A stretch of 64,000 nt of DNA. Origin: a virus. Position 1 is the first letter of the stretch. Every line of letters starts with the position of its first letter. This document shows, piece by piece, positions 1 through 9,640 of the stretch. Where the stretch lies: IMG/VR virus record IMGVR_UViG_3300047457_000500, positions 1 to 64,000 of that record. The stretch is one strand, 5' to 3'. Below the pieces are notes generated by a model. The model was not told the origin of the DNA, made no database searches, and worked only from the letters and a program-made list of their open reading frames with translations. Both the position numbers and the translations under genes were made by a program.

Positions 1-274
1 TTTTATCTACCGTTTTAAACGCTTCATTTATTTCTGATATTGTGAGTTTTCCATCGTCCAAAAAAGCCCTTGCAAGCCTTTCAACAACAGAAGCAACACC
101 AAGCAAACCAGCAAGCATTACTGCCTGAATTGTGTCAATTCCAACTACTGCCCCAGCACCAAGTACCGATAGACCAGACGCTGCAAATACTGCCACAATT
201 CTCATCAACACATTTGTTAATGCTTTCTGTGGATGCTCTTTCTTAGGAGCCTCTACTATTTTTTTAGTTGCCAT
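1..274 (-). CDS. Holin-like membrane protein (runs off the window edge; not in ORF track)
   Basis: Hand translation from ATG at 274, downstream of AGGAGG: MATKKIVEAPKKEHPQKALTNVLMRIVAVFAASGLSVLGAGAVVGIDTIQAVMLAGLLGVASVVERLARAFLDDGKLT... It has two hydrophobic segments. Holin function is inferred. Confidence 0.55.
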   Translation of the reverse strand, partial: MATKKIVEAPKKEHPQKALTNVLMRIVAVFAASGLSVLGAGAVVGIDTIQAVMLAGLLGVASVVERLARAFLDDGKLTISEINEAFKTVDK

Positions 275-275
275 G

Positions 276-482
276 TTAGTCCTCCTTTCTAAGCGGTATT
301 GATATTAACCAGACCACTGTTGTAATTAATACTGCAAGACCAACAATATCTCTTGCTGATCCTGTTAGGGTTAACCAAGCGATAAAGAATCCAAGGAGAG
401 TAAATGCCTGAGCAATTATTTCTACACCAGCATCCTTAAGCCATGTAAAAAATCCCTTTACAACCTTCTTAATTATTTTCAT
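276..482 (-). CDS. Small two-TM membrane protein
   Basis: 68 aa with two hydrophobic helices; tightly packed between neighbours. Confidence 0.7.
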   Translation of the reverse strand: MKIIKKVVKGFFTWLKDAGVEIIAQAFTLLGFFIAWLTLTGSARDIVGLAVLITTVVWLISIPLRKED

Positions 483-483
483 G

Positions 484-2127
484 TTACCTCCTCATTCCAA
501 TTACCGCAGATACTATGTTAGAAACAAGTACTACTGGGATAATTACTTCCTGTGCTTTTTCTCTCTGATCATCTGTCATATCCATACCTAACTCAGAGAA
601 ATTAGATAGGAGTTCTGTAACATCCACATTGAACACTGCTCCAAGTGGATCTGCTAAAAATGCTTCTGTTTGTACCTCAGTAATAGCATCTGCCAATGTA
701 TATGGCATTGGGGCATCTGCGTTTTCTTCTGCTCTACCCGCAAACTCTACAAATGCCACTGCTATTTCTGGATTGTCTTTAATTGCTTCTGCAATTATTG
801 CTATTTCTTCTGCCTTAATTCCAAGATTTTCTGCTACTGCTTCTTCCTCTGTTGTGGATAATTCAGTTAGCATGTTTGATAATTCGGCAGCCAACTTAGC
901 ATCGTTTTGTCCAATTAGTTTATTTAACTTATTAAGTTCATCTGCTGAAATTGGATTACTATCGTCTGTGTCATTATTATCTGGTGCTGGCACTATAGGC
1001 TCTTCCTCAACAGGTTGCTCAGGTTCAGGCTCTTGACCTTGATCTGTTTCCTCTGGCTGAGATGTTGGCTCTTCTGAAGGCTCTGGAGTTGGATCAGTCT
1101 CTTCGCTGCCACCATCTGTGGTATCAGGGCTTGGAGAAGGAGTGGGATCTTCTGGTTCAGTTTGCTCATCATCAGGGAATCTTGGATCCTCTGGAGTAAT
1201 AATCTCTGGATCAACTTCAACATCAGGTTCAGGTAAATCTGGATCTTCTGTAGAATCAGGACTTGGCTCTGGCTCTGGTTCAGTTGTAGGCTCTGTTTCT
1301 GGTTCATTTATTTCTTCACCATTTATTGCAGCAATAAGATTATTAAGGTCTGATATTTCTCCAGCCAATTGAACTGCCTCTGCTACTTGCTCTTGCTGTT
1401 CTTCTGGCGTTATAGGGGCTTCTGTTGGCGTTGGGGAGGGTTCTGGGGATGGTTCCTGTGTAGGAGTAGGGGAAGGCTCTGGAATAGGCTCTGCCTGCAA
1501 TACAGGAACTGGCTCAGAAGCAGAAACTTGGGTTGCTCCCCATGCCTCAAGAGAGACAATGTCACCATTATGTAACCTTACTCCTGTTCTAAGATTTGGA
1601 TATTCAGGACCCTGATAACTATAGGACACCGCTAAACCACCAGTATTAGTAATAGCCACTAATATATTTACTGTACTTGGTTGTGCCCCATAGTTACCAA
1701 ATGGGACCATATTTAGATTTAATTGAAATCCGCCCTCTGAATAATATATATCCAAACCAGATGTATTGCTTACTCCTGGAAACCAGTCCATTGAATATAG
1801 GGAGATAGATGGTGTATTAGGATATGCCCAGTATGTGGGATCAGGTTGACCAAATGTAATTACTGAGTTAGTTGTTGCATAAATGTTTTCATACTGTACC
1901 CCGTCAAAAGTCACGGTAGTTGCGATTGGTATTTGATAGCCTATGTCATCTCCAGAACATGTATCCATATGGTGGACTGTAGGTTCTGCATCGCCTTCGT
2001 ATGCTGCTGCTATGGTTTGTGATTGAATGTGGTTTATACAAGTAGCATTAGCGTTTTCTGGAATGAAAAGATTGAATCCGAAAGCCAATAAGGTTGCTGT
2101 AAATATTCTTGTTAATTTTTTAATTAT
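484..2127 (-). CDS. Exported, C-terminally anchored surface protein: NIDO-like N-domain, Pro/Glu/Thr stalk, TM anchor
   Basis: The frame stays open upstream of the TTG at 2088 and gives a signal peptide IKKLTRIFTATLLAFGFNLFIPENANA. It also has a DD..yqip...F.G..Y..IY..TN..ITF nidogen-like pattern, long EPSPTP repeats and a C-terminal VIIPVVLVSNIVSAVIGMRR. Start codon uncertain. Confidence 0.65.
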   Translation of the reverse strand: MIKKLTRIFTATLLAFGFNLFIPENANATCINHIQSQTIAAAYEGDAEPTVHHMDTCSGDDIGYQIPIATTVTFDGVQYENIYATTNSVITFGQPDPTYWAYPNTPSISLYSMDWFPGVSNTSGLDIYYSEGGFQLNLNMVPFGNYGAQPSTVNILVAITNTGGLAVSYSYQGPEYPNLRTGVRLHNGDIVSLEAWGATQVSASEPVPVLQAEPIPEPSPTPTQEPSPEPSPTPTEAPITPEEQQEQVAEAVQLAGEISDLNNLIAAINGEEINEPETEPTTEPEPEPSPDSTEDPDLPEPDVEVDPEIITPEDPRFPDDEQTEPEDPTPSPSPDTTDGGSEETDPTPEPSEEPTSQPEETDQGQEPEPEQPVEEEPIVPAPDNNDTDDSNPISADELNKLNKLIGQNDAKLAAELSNMLTELSTTEEEAVAENLGIKAEEIAIIAEAIKDNPEIAVAFVEFAGRAEENADAPMPYTLADAITEVQTEAFLADPLGAVFNVDVTELLSNFSELGMDMTDDQREKAQEVIIPVVLVSNIVSAVIGMRR

Positions 2128-2172
2128 CCTTTCATCCTCCAGTTATAATAAACCTATTATAACATTTTATTT

Positions 2173-2204
2173 AAAAAGAAAAGGGAGCCAGTTTCCTGAC
2201 TCCC
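2173..2204 (-). terminator. Rho-independent terminator after the Ala-rich secreted protein gene
   Basis: Minus strand reads GGGAGTCAG-GAAA-CTGGCTCCC followed by TTTTCTTTTT. Confidence 0.85.
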
Positions 2205-2223
2205 AAATCTTTTAATTTGTTAA

Positions 2224-3372
2224 TTACTTAACAAGTGTAACCTTTGCCTTTGGATTCTTTGCGTTCCACTTCTTGGCAAGATCATTGAATGCCTTCTTCA
2301 TTGCAGCGATTGATGCAGCGTTATCTGCCTTAACCTTTGCAAGTTCTGTAGCATGTGCAGCAGTTGCATCAGCAAGAGCCTTGTCTGCAGCAACCTTAGC
2401 AGTTACGGCATCAGCCTTAGCCTTAGCAAGTTCTGCAGCAGCAGTAATAGCAGCAGCATCAGCAGCAGCCTTAGCAGCAACTGCATCAGAAGCAGCCTTT
2501 GCTACAGCAGCAGCAAGAGCAGCATCTGCAGTTACCTTATCAGCAGCACGACCAGCCTTTTCAGCAGCAAGTGCAGCGTTAGCAGCAGCAAGTGCTCCAG
2601 CAAGATCAGAAACTGTTACGATTGCAGTCTGAGAAGTTGTTGCCAACTTAATTGTTGGAACAGAGGTTGGTGCAGCAATAGATGCTCCAACAGCAACAGT
2701 TCCAGCAGTTGCAGGAAGTGAGATCTCTGATGTGTAACGACCTGTTACAAGAGCATCAGCAGTTACTGTTCCAGCAGTTGCGCCACCAAGAGTAGTAACA
2801 GTTACTGTATCAGCAACAGCGTTGCCGAAAATATCTGCTACATCAAGAGTTGCAGTTACCTTGCCAGAAATATTTCCTGAAGCAGGGATTGACATCTTAA
2901 GGTCATATGCAGGACCTGCAACACCCTTAAGATAAATTGTTGTGCTTGCACCGACTACAGAAACTGTAACCGCAGATGCAGCAGTACTTGTTGTATATGC
3001 ATATACAGTCGCTGTTGTTGAAGCAGGTGTGACTGTGATTGATGAGGATCCAGCAGATGCATTGACTGTTGAACCAATTGCAGATACGAGGCGTGTGTTA
3101 GCACCAACTGCAGTAAATGTGACTGGTGTTCCAGCAACTACTGTAGCGGTGATAAGAAGTGCTTCGTTGTTTGTTGCAGTTGTGGTATCTGCAACGCTTA
3201 CTACGTTGTCAGAAGGAACCTTAACTGTGAATGGTGATGCTGCTGTACCAGAACCAGATACTTCAGTTGTTACGTCTACTGAAACGGTATTGGCACTTGC
3301 AGGTGTCACTACTAGTGTGCCCAATGTCATGGCTGCAACCACGGCAAGAGCGATCTTCTTAAATGAATTCAT
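2224..3372 (-). CDS. Secreted Ala/Thr/Val-rich protein (beta-rich N-part, Ala-rich coiled coil); cell-surface or S-layer-like
   Basis: Likely start MNSFKK at 3372 after AAGGAG; signal peptide ending TPASA; followed by its own terminator. Confidence 0.7.
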   Translation of the reverse strand: MNSFKKIALAVVAAMTLGTLVVTPASANTVSVDVTTEVSGSGTAASPFTVKVPSDNVVSVADTTTATNNEALLITATVVAGTPVTFTAVGANTRLVSAIGSTVNASAGSSSITVTPASTTATVYAYTTSTAASAVTVSVVGASTTIYLKGVAGPAYDLKMSIPASGNISGKVTATLDVADIFGNAVADTVTVTTLGGATAGTVTADALVTGRYTSEISLPATAGTVAVGASIAAPTSVPTIKLATTSQTAIVTVSDLAGALAAANAALAAEKAGRAADKVTADAALAAAVAKAASDAVAAKAAADAAAITAAAELAKAKADAVTAKVAADKALADATAAHATELAKVKADNAASIAAMKKAFNDLAKKWNAKNPKAKVTLVK

Positions 3373-3398
3373 TTTTCTCCTTTTATTATTCATTTGAT

Positions 3399-5186
3399 TT
3401 ATATTGTTTTTAGTCTATCCAAATAGTCTTTTATGTCTTCTATTTGACTAGATTTATATTGTATCACGTTCTCTGGGAGCGTGTCAACTTTACGAGGCTT
3501 ATCTTTAAAAGTATGAATGTCAACTTCAAGGTTTAAATCTCTTGGGGTATAAGATATGGCACCAAAAATAGCACCACATACGGCGTCTGCCAAGTCTTTA
3601 GATGATTTTCTTGGGTGGTCTACATTTTTTCCATTCTTTGTTATTTTTAATTCTGTCAATTCTTCAAACAAAAGTTCTATCGTCGGCATTGCAAGTCGCT
3701 CTTCGTATACAAGCATTGCCATATCCTCATATTGTTTTTTTGAAACAGAGACCGTATCTGTTCTCATACCTACAGCCTTTAACTCATTTTGAATATCAAA
3801 TGATTGCCATCTATCGAATGTAACCATTCCTATATTAAAACCAAGCCTTCTGAGATTTTGAATCCACTGCTTAACCTCAGAAAGATTAACTGGGCCTTCA
3901 ACTTTTGGCTCCCACCATGCTACTGCATCAACAATTACTACTGGTGAGATTTCTTCATAATTTTTTATTACTTGAACATTTACCCACTTATCAACATGTG
4001 CAATAGCAACTGCACACTTGTCATGTTTTTGTGCTAAGTCTGCGTGTACATAATAAATCTTGTCTGGATCTGGCTTAAAGTTATTTTCAAATCTTCTAAA
4101 TTGATCTAAAGGATTTCTTATAGTCATACAAGAACGAACCTTTTCTGCTTGCTTAAAAAATGCATCTGATGCATAAGTAGGAACACAGGCAAATCTCATC
4201 ATTGCATCACCTAGGTCAGTCATAAAAGCAATTTTAAAATCATCTACTTTTCTTGTTGGGTTGACCTCCCACGTTGCTCTTTTTAATGCAAATACTCCAG
4301 GATATTTATATGATTTAATTTCATCATAGTCCCAAGAAATTTCAAACCAGTTATCCTCCTGGTCTTCTGGTAATAATGGATTGATTATAAATCTATGTGT
4401 TTTTGTTATAACTTCTTTTTCAGCAATTACAGAATCATATCTTTCTGAAATAAAGTCTCCGTTATATCTTGGGAACGAAAGCAAAACAACTTTTCCTAAA
4501 TCTGGAAAACGAGAATCTACAGATCCACGGAATGCCTTATAAATATTATCTGCTGTTTTTCCTTGTTCGTTTCCTGTCATAACCTCTGAAGCAAAACCAG
4601 AGATCTCATCAAGAACTGCGAGTAGCAAGTTCAAGCCCTCATGAGACTCACGTTCAGAGTGACCAGAGTAAACAGTTATAGATTTATCAAAACCTATTGA
4701 GTCTACCTTTGCTTCATACTTTCCAGAAAACCATGGTGACTTTTCAATTTTAGTTTTAAATCCTTTAAAGAAAACGTTCTTTGCCTGTTGTGCGTTAATA
4801 GCAACATTGATCAGATCTATTGCGTCTCCGCTTGGTTTTCCGAAGTATCTTGCTGGGTCTTTAAGACATAATAACTTATATACGATATAGGCGCAAGCCA
4901 CAGTAGATGTAAAGTCTTTTCCGCTACCCTTTCCCAACTGTAGGATAATTTCATTTTTAGTATATTTTTCATAATACTTAGCACCTTCTTCTTCACCCAT
5001 TATTTCCTGTAAATCTTCTTTACGATAGATCTGACTCATTGCTTGAACAACGTCATACTGTGTATCAGATAGTGGTGGCTGGCCTAAGTATTCTGGAGAC
5101 TCCACAAATGTCTTTACATCAACAGGTTGCTCTTCAAAATAATTATCTTTTAATGCTTCAAGAAAATCATCAAACATCATGGACAA
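3399..5186 (-). CDS. terL: Terminase large subunit
   Basis: Walker A GKGSGKDFTS, Walker B AVLDEISGF, nuclease acidic residues HADLA, TFDRWQS and KDLADA. Confidence 0.9.
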   Translation of the reverse strand: MSMMFDDFLEALKDNYFEEQPVDVKTFVESPEYLGQPPLSDTQYDVVQAMSQIYRKEDLQEIMGEEEGAKYYEKYTKNEIILQLGKGSGKDFTSTVACAYIVYKLLCLKDPARYFGKPSGDAIDLINVAINAQQAKNVFFKGFKTKIEKSPWFSGKYEAKVDSIGFDKSITVYSGHSERESHEGLNLLLAVLDEISGFASEVMTGNEQGKTADNIYKAFRGSVDSRFPDLGKVVLLSFPRYNGDFISERYDSVIAEKEVITKTHRFIINPLLPEDQEDNWFEISWDYDEIKSYKYPGVFALKRATWEVNPTRKVDDFKIAFMTDLGDAMMRFACVPTYASDAFFKQAEKVRSCMTIRNPLDQFRRFENNFKPDPDKIYYVHADLAQKHDKCAVAIAHVDKWVNVQVIKNYEEISPVVIVDAVAWWEPKVEGPVNLSEVKQWIQNLRRLGFNIGMVTFDRWQSFDIQNELKAVGMRTDTVSVSKKQYEDMAMLVYEERLAMPTIELLFEELTELKITKNGKNVDHPRKSSKDLADAVCGAIFGAISYTPRDLNLEVDIHTFKDKPRKVDTLPENVIQYKSSQIEDIKDYLDRLKTI

Positions 5187-5703
5187 TTGTAATCACTTCA
5201 TCCTTTTTTGCAATGTCAGATAGCCTACGCATAATTTCATCTCTTACTTCTGGATACTCTGATGCTATATCACGAAGTATTGACATTAAAACTTCTTGTC
5301 TACGTTCTATCTGAATCATTTCTTCGGCTAATTCTTTATTTTCTAGCAGTCCTGCTTTTTGCAACATGTCAATTCTTTTTGCCTCAATATCCATGACAAG
5401 TTTAATAGCCTGAGTTTTTGCACCCAAGTTATTGCTTAGTGTTGCTTCAGATATAACTTCATGTGCTAATAATTTTAAATTATCATAATGAGTATCTGCA
5501 ATTGCTAAAGCCTCTTTTGCACGACCACGGATAGCGTCATTGGCAGATGCCATAACCTTCCACTCATTTATATATTGAACAACTCTGTTTCTAGGCATGG
5601 CAAGATCTTTTGATATCTTTGTAGCATCATTGCCTTTTAGATATTCTGCAACAACATTATTGATTTCATCTAAATGCTTGACTAAATCTTCTTCAGTTGA
5701 CAT
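5170..5703 (-). CDS. Putative terminase small subunit (helical, HTH-like)
   Basis: Overlaps the terL start; N-terminal HTH-like ATKISKDLAMPRNRVVQY; likely start MSTEED. Confidence 0.5.
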   Translation of the reverse strand: MSTEEDLVKHLDEINNVVAEYLKGNDATKISKDLAMPRNRVVQYINEWKVMASANDAIRGRAKEALAIADTHYDNLKLLAHEVISEATLSNNLGAKTQAIKLVMDIEAKRIDMLQKAGLLENKELAEEMIQIERRQEVLMSILRDIASEYPEVRDEIMRRLSDIAKKDEVITIVHDV

Positions 5704-6028
5704 CTTTACCCTTTGCAATCTTTAATAGCACTAGATATCCAATAAGATCATCTATATCATTGTCTCCTGGATAATCTGTACCCTTCATAAGTCTATTTAA
5801 TTTATCGTCAATACGGACATGAAGTTGTTCTCTTGGCCCAGCCTTTGAAAATATACGTACAGGCTCAAGTGCTGAATTTCCGTATGCAATATTCTTTTTA
5901 ACTAGCATATGTGCAATCTCATGGCAGGTTTCTAAAATATCTTTACCTGCTTCTGTTCCTACTGTAAGCAAGTATAAATCATCACATTTAAATCTTTGTG
6001 AATCTGCAAAAACTGGTTCTAAACTCAT
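5693..6028 (-). CDS. Nucleotide-modification-associated domain 1 (DUF1599-like) protein
   Basis: KKNIAYGNS...VRIDDKLNRL...DLIGYLVL pattern. Confidence 0.7.
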   Translation of the reverse strand: MSLEPVFADSQRFKCDDLYLLTVGTEAGKDILETCHEIAHMLVKKNIAYGNSALEPVRIFSKAGPREQLHVRIDDKLNRLMKGTDYPGDNDIDDLIGYLVLLKIAKGKDVN

Positions 6029-6180
6029 CTCTTTGACTTCCTTAATCCAAATTTAGCAAGGTAAACGTAAATAGTTTCCACTGTTACTCCGCACTCCTTC
6101 GCTATGTCCTCTGGTGTTTTTTTATCAAAATGATATCTTTTCTTAAGCCACAGTTCATTTGAATATAGTTTAGCACTCAT
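6025..6180 (-). CDS. Small HTH DNA-binding protein, 51 aa (not in ORF track)
   Basis: MSAKLYSNELWLKKRYHFDKKTPEDIAKECGVTVETIYVYLAKFGLRKSKR; fills the gap exactly with an ATGA overlap. Confidence 0.75.
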   Translation of the reverse strand: MSAKLYSNELWLKKRYHFDKKTPEDIAKECGVTVETIYVYLAKFGLRKSKR

Positions 6181-6182
6181 AC

Positions 6183-6797
6183 CTACTCCTTGTCAACACC
6201 GATAGCCTTATGCCAGTTATTTATGGACCAATGACCTATTCCACATGCGTCTGCAACATCATTATCTGATATTTCTTTATCATAAATAACACTTAAAAGT
6301 TTTATAGTTCTTTGCTTTCTAAATTCTCTTTCATAAGATTTATACCAAGAATCAGATTTTCCTGGATTTAAAGATCTTATTTTAATCTGCTCTTCCTTTG
6401 TAAGTCTTTTATTGCCTATATAGTTTTGCCAAGTTATCGGAGATACCTTACCAATATGAGTAACTCCTGCTGCACCAGCACCACCTATTATGGCACCCTG
6501 AACTAGGGCTAAGTCTGCTGCCGTTTTTGGGCTATTCATAAAAACTGTATGCTCTATGACAACTGCTTCTACCAAATTAAAATGATCAAATAGGGCCTTA
6601 GATTTTTTACATGCATCAATAACCTTTTGATATATATCATTTCCTTCAAAAGTTATCTTACCAAACCTGTCTAACTTTTTATATGAATAGATAGAAAAAG
6701 CAAGGCTGTTTGTGCTTGCATCTATTGCACAAATAACCCCAGGTGTTTTTGATAAGTCTGAATTAGGATATCTATCAGTATCTGATGCCCTAGCCAT
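6183..6797 (-). CDS. RuvC-like Holliday junction resolvase
   Basis: RNase H-fold acidic motifs CAIDAS, VVIEH and DNDVADA. Confidence 0.75.
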   Translation of the reverse strand: MARASDTDRYPNSDLSKTPGVICAIDASTNSLAFSIYSYKKLDRFGKITFEGNDIYQKVIDACKKSKALFDHFNLVEAVVIEHTVFMNSPKTAADLALVQGAIIGGAGAAGVTHIGKVSPITWQNYIGNKRLTKEEQIKIRSLNPGKSDSWYKSYEREFRKQRTIKLLSVIYDKEISDNDVADACGIGHWSINNWHKAIGVDKE

Positions 6798-7068
6798 TTG
6801 ATAATCCTTTGATTTGTTTTATTACCTTTTTTACGTCATTTGGGTTAATAGAACACTTTGTACATAGTGGCTCATCATTATATATTGACAATTTATCTCC
6901 ACACTCCTTGCATGTTCTATTTTTACCTTTTCTTTTTTGTCTTCTAGTTTGAACGTATCTTTGTGCTATCTTTTCTTTTGTAGCAGCCTCTCTACATTCT
7001 TCAGAGCAATATATTTGATAAGATACTGCTGACTCAAAGTTATGATCACACCATTTACAGTTCTTCAT
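6790..7068 (-). CDS. Cys-rich zinc-finger protein
   Basis: CKWC, YCSEEC, CKEC, CTKC. Confidence 0.7.
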   Translation of the reverse strand: MKNCKWCDHNFESAVSYQIYCSEECREAATKEKIAQRYVQTRRQKRKGKNRTCKECGDKLSIYNDEPLCTKCSINPNDVKKVIKQIKGLSNG

Positions 7069-7912
7069 TTTGCAGTAACTCCAGAGGTTTAATTTTAATT
7101 ACCCCTGTCTCTGCTTCAGCGCATGCTTTTTGAATTGGACAAACCTTGCATATTTTAGAGTTAGACCTATATGGTTTCTGAGGCAGTTCTTTGTCCTGCC
7201 AACTCTTATACACTGTCTTCATCCAATCAAATGCCTGGTCTACCCACCGACGGTAATGATCGTTTACTATTATTGGTAGAGTTAGAAGTTCGTGATTGTT
7301 TTTATTTTCATAAATCATTACGCCCTTCTTGATTCCCCAAACCTTCATGTAAATTAGCAACTGCATAAGATGACCCATCTTAGGCTTTCTGCTATTCTTT
7401 TTATACTCAAAACCCTCGTTAGAGATAGTTTTAATTTCTCCAACGACTCTCTCATTGTTAATATTAAGCATTACATCGCCATAGCCGTCAAAAGGAGGAT
7501 CATCTATTTTAACTCTGAACTCCATTGCTGGGTGTGTTTGCTTGTTATACTTTCTTTGCAATGGATCCATTTCCATTGTTTCGTCTAAAAGTCCAGATGC
7601 CTCAATAGCCTCCTGAATTCTTCCGTGTCCAAGAGAGCCGTTAGTTCTATTTGCCACACCAAATGCATCAGAGTTATCGTAATGAACCGCACCATCAAAT
7701 GCTAGATACCAGTATCTAGGACATTCTCCTGCTCCATATGTTAAAGCAGATGCAGAGAAATTATTTTTCTTTTGAAACTTAGGCTTGGTTTTTGTTAAGT
7801 AACCAGACTCTATTTTTTCTATTAAGCCGTCAATAAAACTTACATCTTCTTGGGGCTTAGTGCTTGCCTTGCTTTCTTTTAACATTACTTGTTGTAATAA
7901 ATTTTTAGCCAT
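7055..7912 (-). CDS. Cas4-like PD-(D/E)xK exonuclease
   Basis: N-terminal ECPRYWY, GYGD...GEIKT, QLLIY and C-terminal CKVCPIQKAC (4-Cys Fe-S pattern). Confidence 0.8.
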   Translation of the reverse strand: MAKNLLQQVMLKESKASTKPQEDVSFIDGLIEKIESGYLTKTKPKFQKKNNFSASALTYGAGECPRYWYLAFDGAVHYDNSDAFGVANRTNGSLGHGRIQEAIEASGLLDETMEMDPLQRKYNKQTHPAMEFRVKIDDPPFDGYGDVMLNINNERVVGEIKTISNEGFEYKKNSRKPKMGHLMQLLIYMKVWGIKKGVMIYENKNNHELLTLPIIVNDHYRRWVDQAFDWMKTVYKSWQDKELPQKPYRSNSKICKVCPIQKACAEAETGVIKIKPLELLQNEEL

Positions 7913-7945
7913 GTTTTCCTTTGTTTAAATTAATTATATCAGATC

Positions 7946-8251
7946 TTAGCGAGTTATGTATTTTAATGCAGACACTAAGTTATTAATAGACTCTGCTGCT
8001 GTGTAATATAGATTTTTTTGACCACGGTTAGATTTGTCTACGTTAGCCATCCAAGTTGCACGTAGTGCCATCTTAGAGGCTATAGCCTGAAGTCTAACAA
8101 TCTCTAGAGTGGCCACATTCATTGGAATATCTGGCTTTATGATTAATTTTGCAATTACTGTTAATGCCGTAGTAAATTCCTCATCATTCATATACTCTGA
8201 TATTTCTGATAGCCCATTGATCATTTCTAGTGTTGTTTGTTGTTGTTCCAT
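7946..8251 (-). CDS. Hypothetical helical phage protein
   Basis: Likely start MEQQQ at 8251, coupled to the upstream stop (TAATG). Confidence 0.6.
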   Translation of the reverse strand: MEQQQTTLEMINGLSEISEYMNDEEFTTALTVIAKLIIKPDIPMNVATLEIVRLQAIASKMALRATWMANVDKSNRGQKNLYYTAAESINNLVSALKYITR

Positions 8252-9039
8252 TACCCCATCGATTCTCTTGGTATTCCGTCTCGCAAACCATCTTCTGCCC
8301 AAATCCTAAAAGCAGCCTGCATATCTGGTCTTGCTTGTAATTTATCTAAGTATTCTTTTCTTTTACCTGGATATTTTTCTGGATCTATCGGATTTTCCTC
8401 ACCTGTAAATCTATAACTATTAGTAGGGCAATAATCCATGCTAATAATTTCGCAGAACTCTCCCTCTTTAAACTTACGCTTAGGTCTCCAGTGTATCTGA
8501 TTAACTGCACTGAATACTATTGTTTGACCAGGACCAAGGGTGTACTTAGTAAAGTTTCCAGTATCATTCCAATTACCAACATATAAATCCCATTCTATGT
8601 TAGTATTTGGGCAGTAGTTAATTGTTACTAAGTTTTCATCTGCATCTAAATGAGGAGGAAGTGCTGGACTATTATCGCCATATCCATACTTCAGGTTATA
8701 GTCTATATAGTTCCAGTGACATAATGCTATGTCTCCTTTATATAATGGCTTTGCAATATTATCTAGCACAGCCTCGCAATCTTCTGGCATGTCAAATTCA
8801 ATTAGAACTCTTGACATATTTTTTGCTATTTTGGGCTGGAACCTACTTTTAAATGGAGAATTTCTAATATATCCATCTTCAATTCTATCTCCAATAATAA
8901 AAGGTTCAAGTTTCCTATTCTCTTCTATAAGAGACATTATCCTATTGTTTTGGTCTTCAGTAAATAGATTGTCTATATAAAATGGTAATGGTCTATTATA
9001 TTTATCAAAACCAGTTAAATAATCATGAAGTTGAGCCAT
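8251..9039 (-). CDS. 2OG-Fe(II) oxygenase-like protein (paralogue 3 of a trio)
   Basis: LPPHLD (HxD), W.L, and QIHWR distal His; start MAQLH after AGGAGG. Confidence 0.65.
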   Translation of the reverse strand: MAQLHDYLTGFDKYNRPLPFYIDNLFTEDQNNRIMSLIEENRKLEPFIIGDRIEDGYIRNSPFKSRFQPKIAKNMSRVLIEFDMPEDCEAVLDNIAKPLYKGDIALCHWNYIDYNLKYGYGDNSPALPPHLDADENLVTINYCPNTNIEWDLYVGNWNDTGNFTKYTLGPGQTIVFSAVNQIHWRPKRKFKEGEFCEIISMDYCPTNSYRFTGEENPIDPEKYPGKRKEYLDKLQARPDMQAAFRIWAEDGLRDGIPRESMG

Positions 9040-9640
9040 TGGTCCATCCTCCTTGATCAAAGTATGCTTTACGATAAGAGGCAACCTTTTCATCCATAAT
9101 CTTATTTAGACCCTCCTGTTTTGGACCAAAGGTTGGGTCTGAGAAATGACAAAAAATCATTTCTACAAAATCACCATCTTTAAATAAGGTAGGCTTTCTC
9201 CAGTGTACTTGATGTGTTCCGCTAAAGGTTACGGCCTGATTATCCTTTAGAACAAATTCTTTATCTGGCTCAACAACAAGTGGCCAACTAATATTAGAAC
9301 TTAACTGATAATCAAAAGTAAATCTAGGCTCCTTGAATGTTTCGTCATAATGTGGAAATAGTGACGGCTTAAAATGAAACTTTCCACAATTACTAGTAAC
9401 ATTTTCATATCTAGCAAAACAATGTTCAGTCAATACCAAGTTATCATTTCCACTGACAAGTCGTGCTACCTTGGTAAACTTTTTTACAACCTCCTGTTCA
9501 AGTTCTATGAATAGGTTGGCCTGACAATGTTCCTGAACAAAGTTACCGCCAGTACTTCTAGAAATAGAAGCCCTTACAGAATTGATGCCATCTTGGTTTA
9601 AGATATCATCAACTATTACATTATTTTCATCGTGTCTCAT
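9023..9640 (-). CDS. 2OG-Fe(II) oxygenase-like protein (paralogue 2)
   Basis: LFPHYD, FDYQL..N..WPL, QVHWR. Confidence 0.65.
   Translation of the reverse strand: MRHDENNVIVDDILNQDGINSVRASISRSTGGNFVQEHCQANLFIELEQEVVKKFTKVARLVSGNDNLVLTEHCFARYENVTSNCGKFHFKPSLFPHYDETFKEPRFTFDYQLSSNISWPLVVEPDKEFVLKDNQAVTFSGTHQVHWRKPTLFKDGDFVEMIFCHFSDPTFGPKQEGLNKIMDEKVASYRKAYFDQGGWTNGSTS

Noticed and set aside
629-3397. Plus-strand ORFs antisense to the Ala- and Pro-rich genes (likewise 43649..44326, 58658..59176 and others)
   Set aside because: Antisense shadows of biased codon usage, without RBS or recognisable motifs.
7055-7912. Cas4 as part of a CRISPR-Cas locus
   Set aside because: No cas1/cas2 or array; solo Cas4-like nucleases are common in phage recombination modules.
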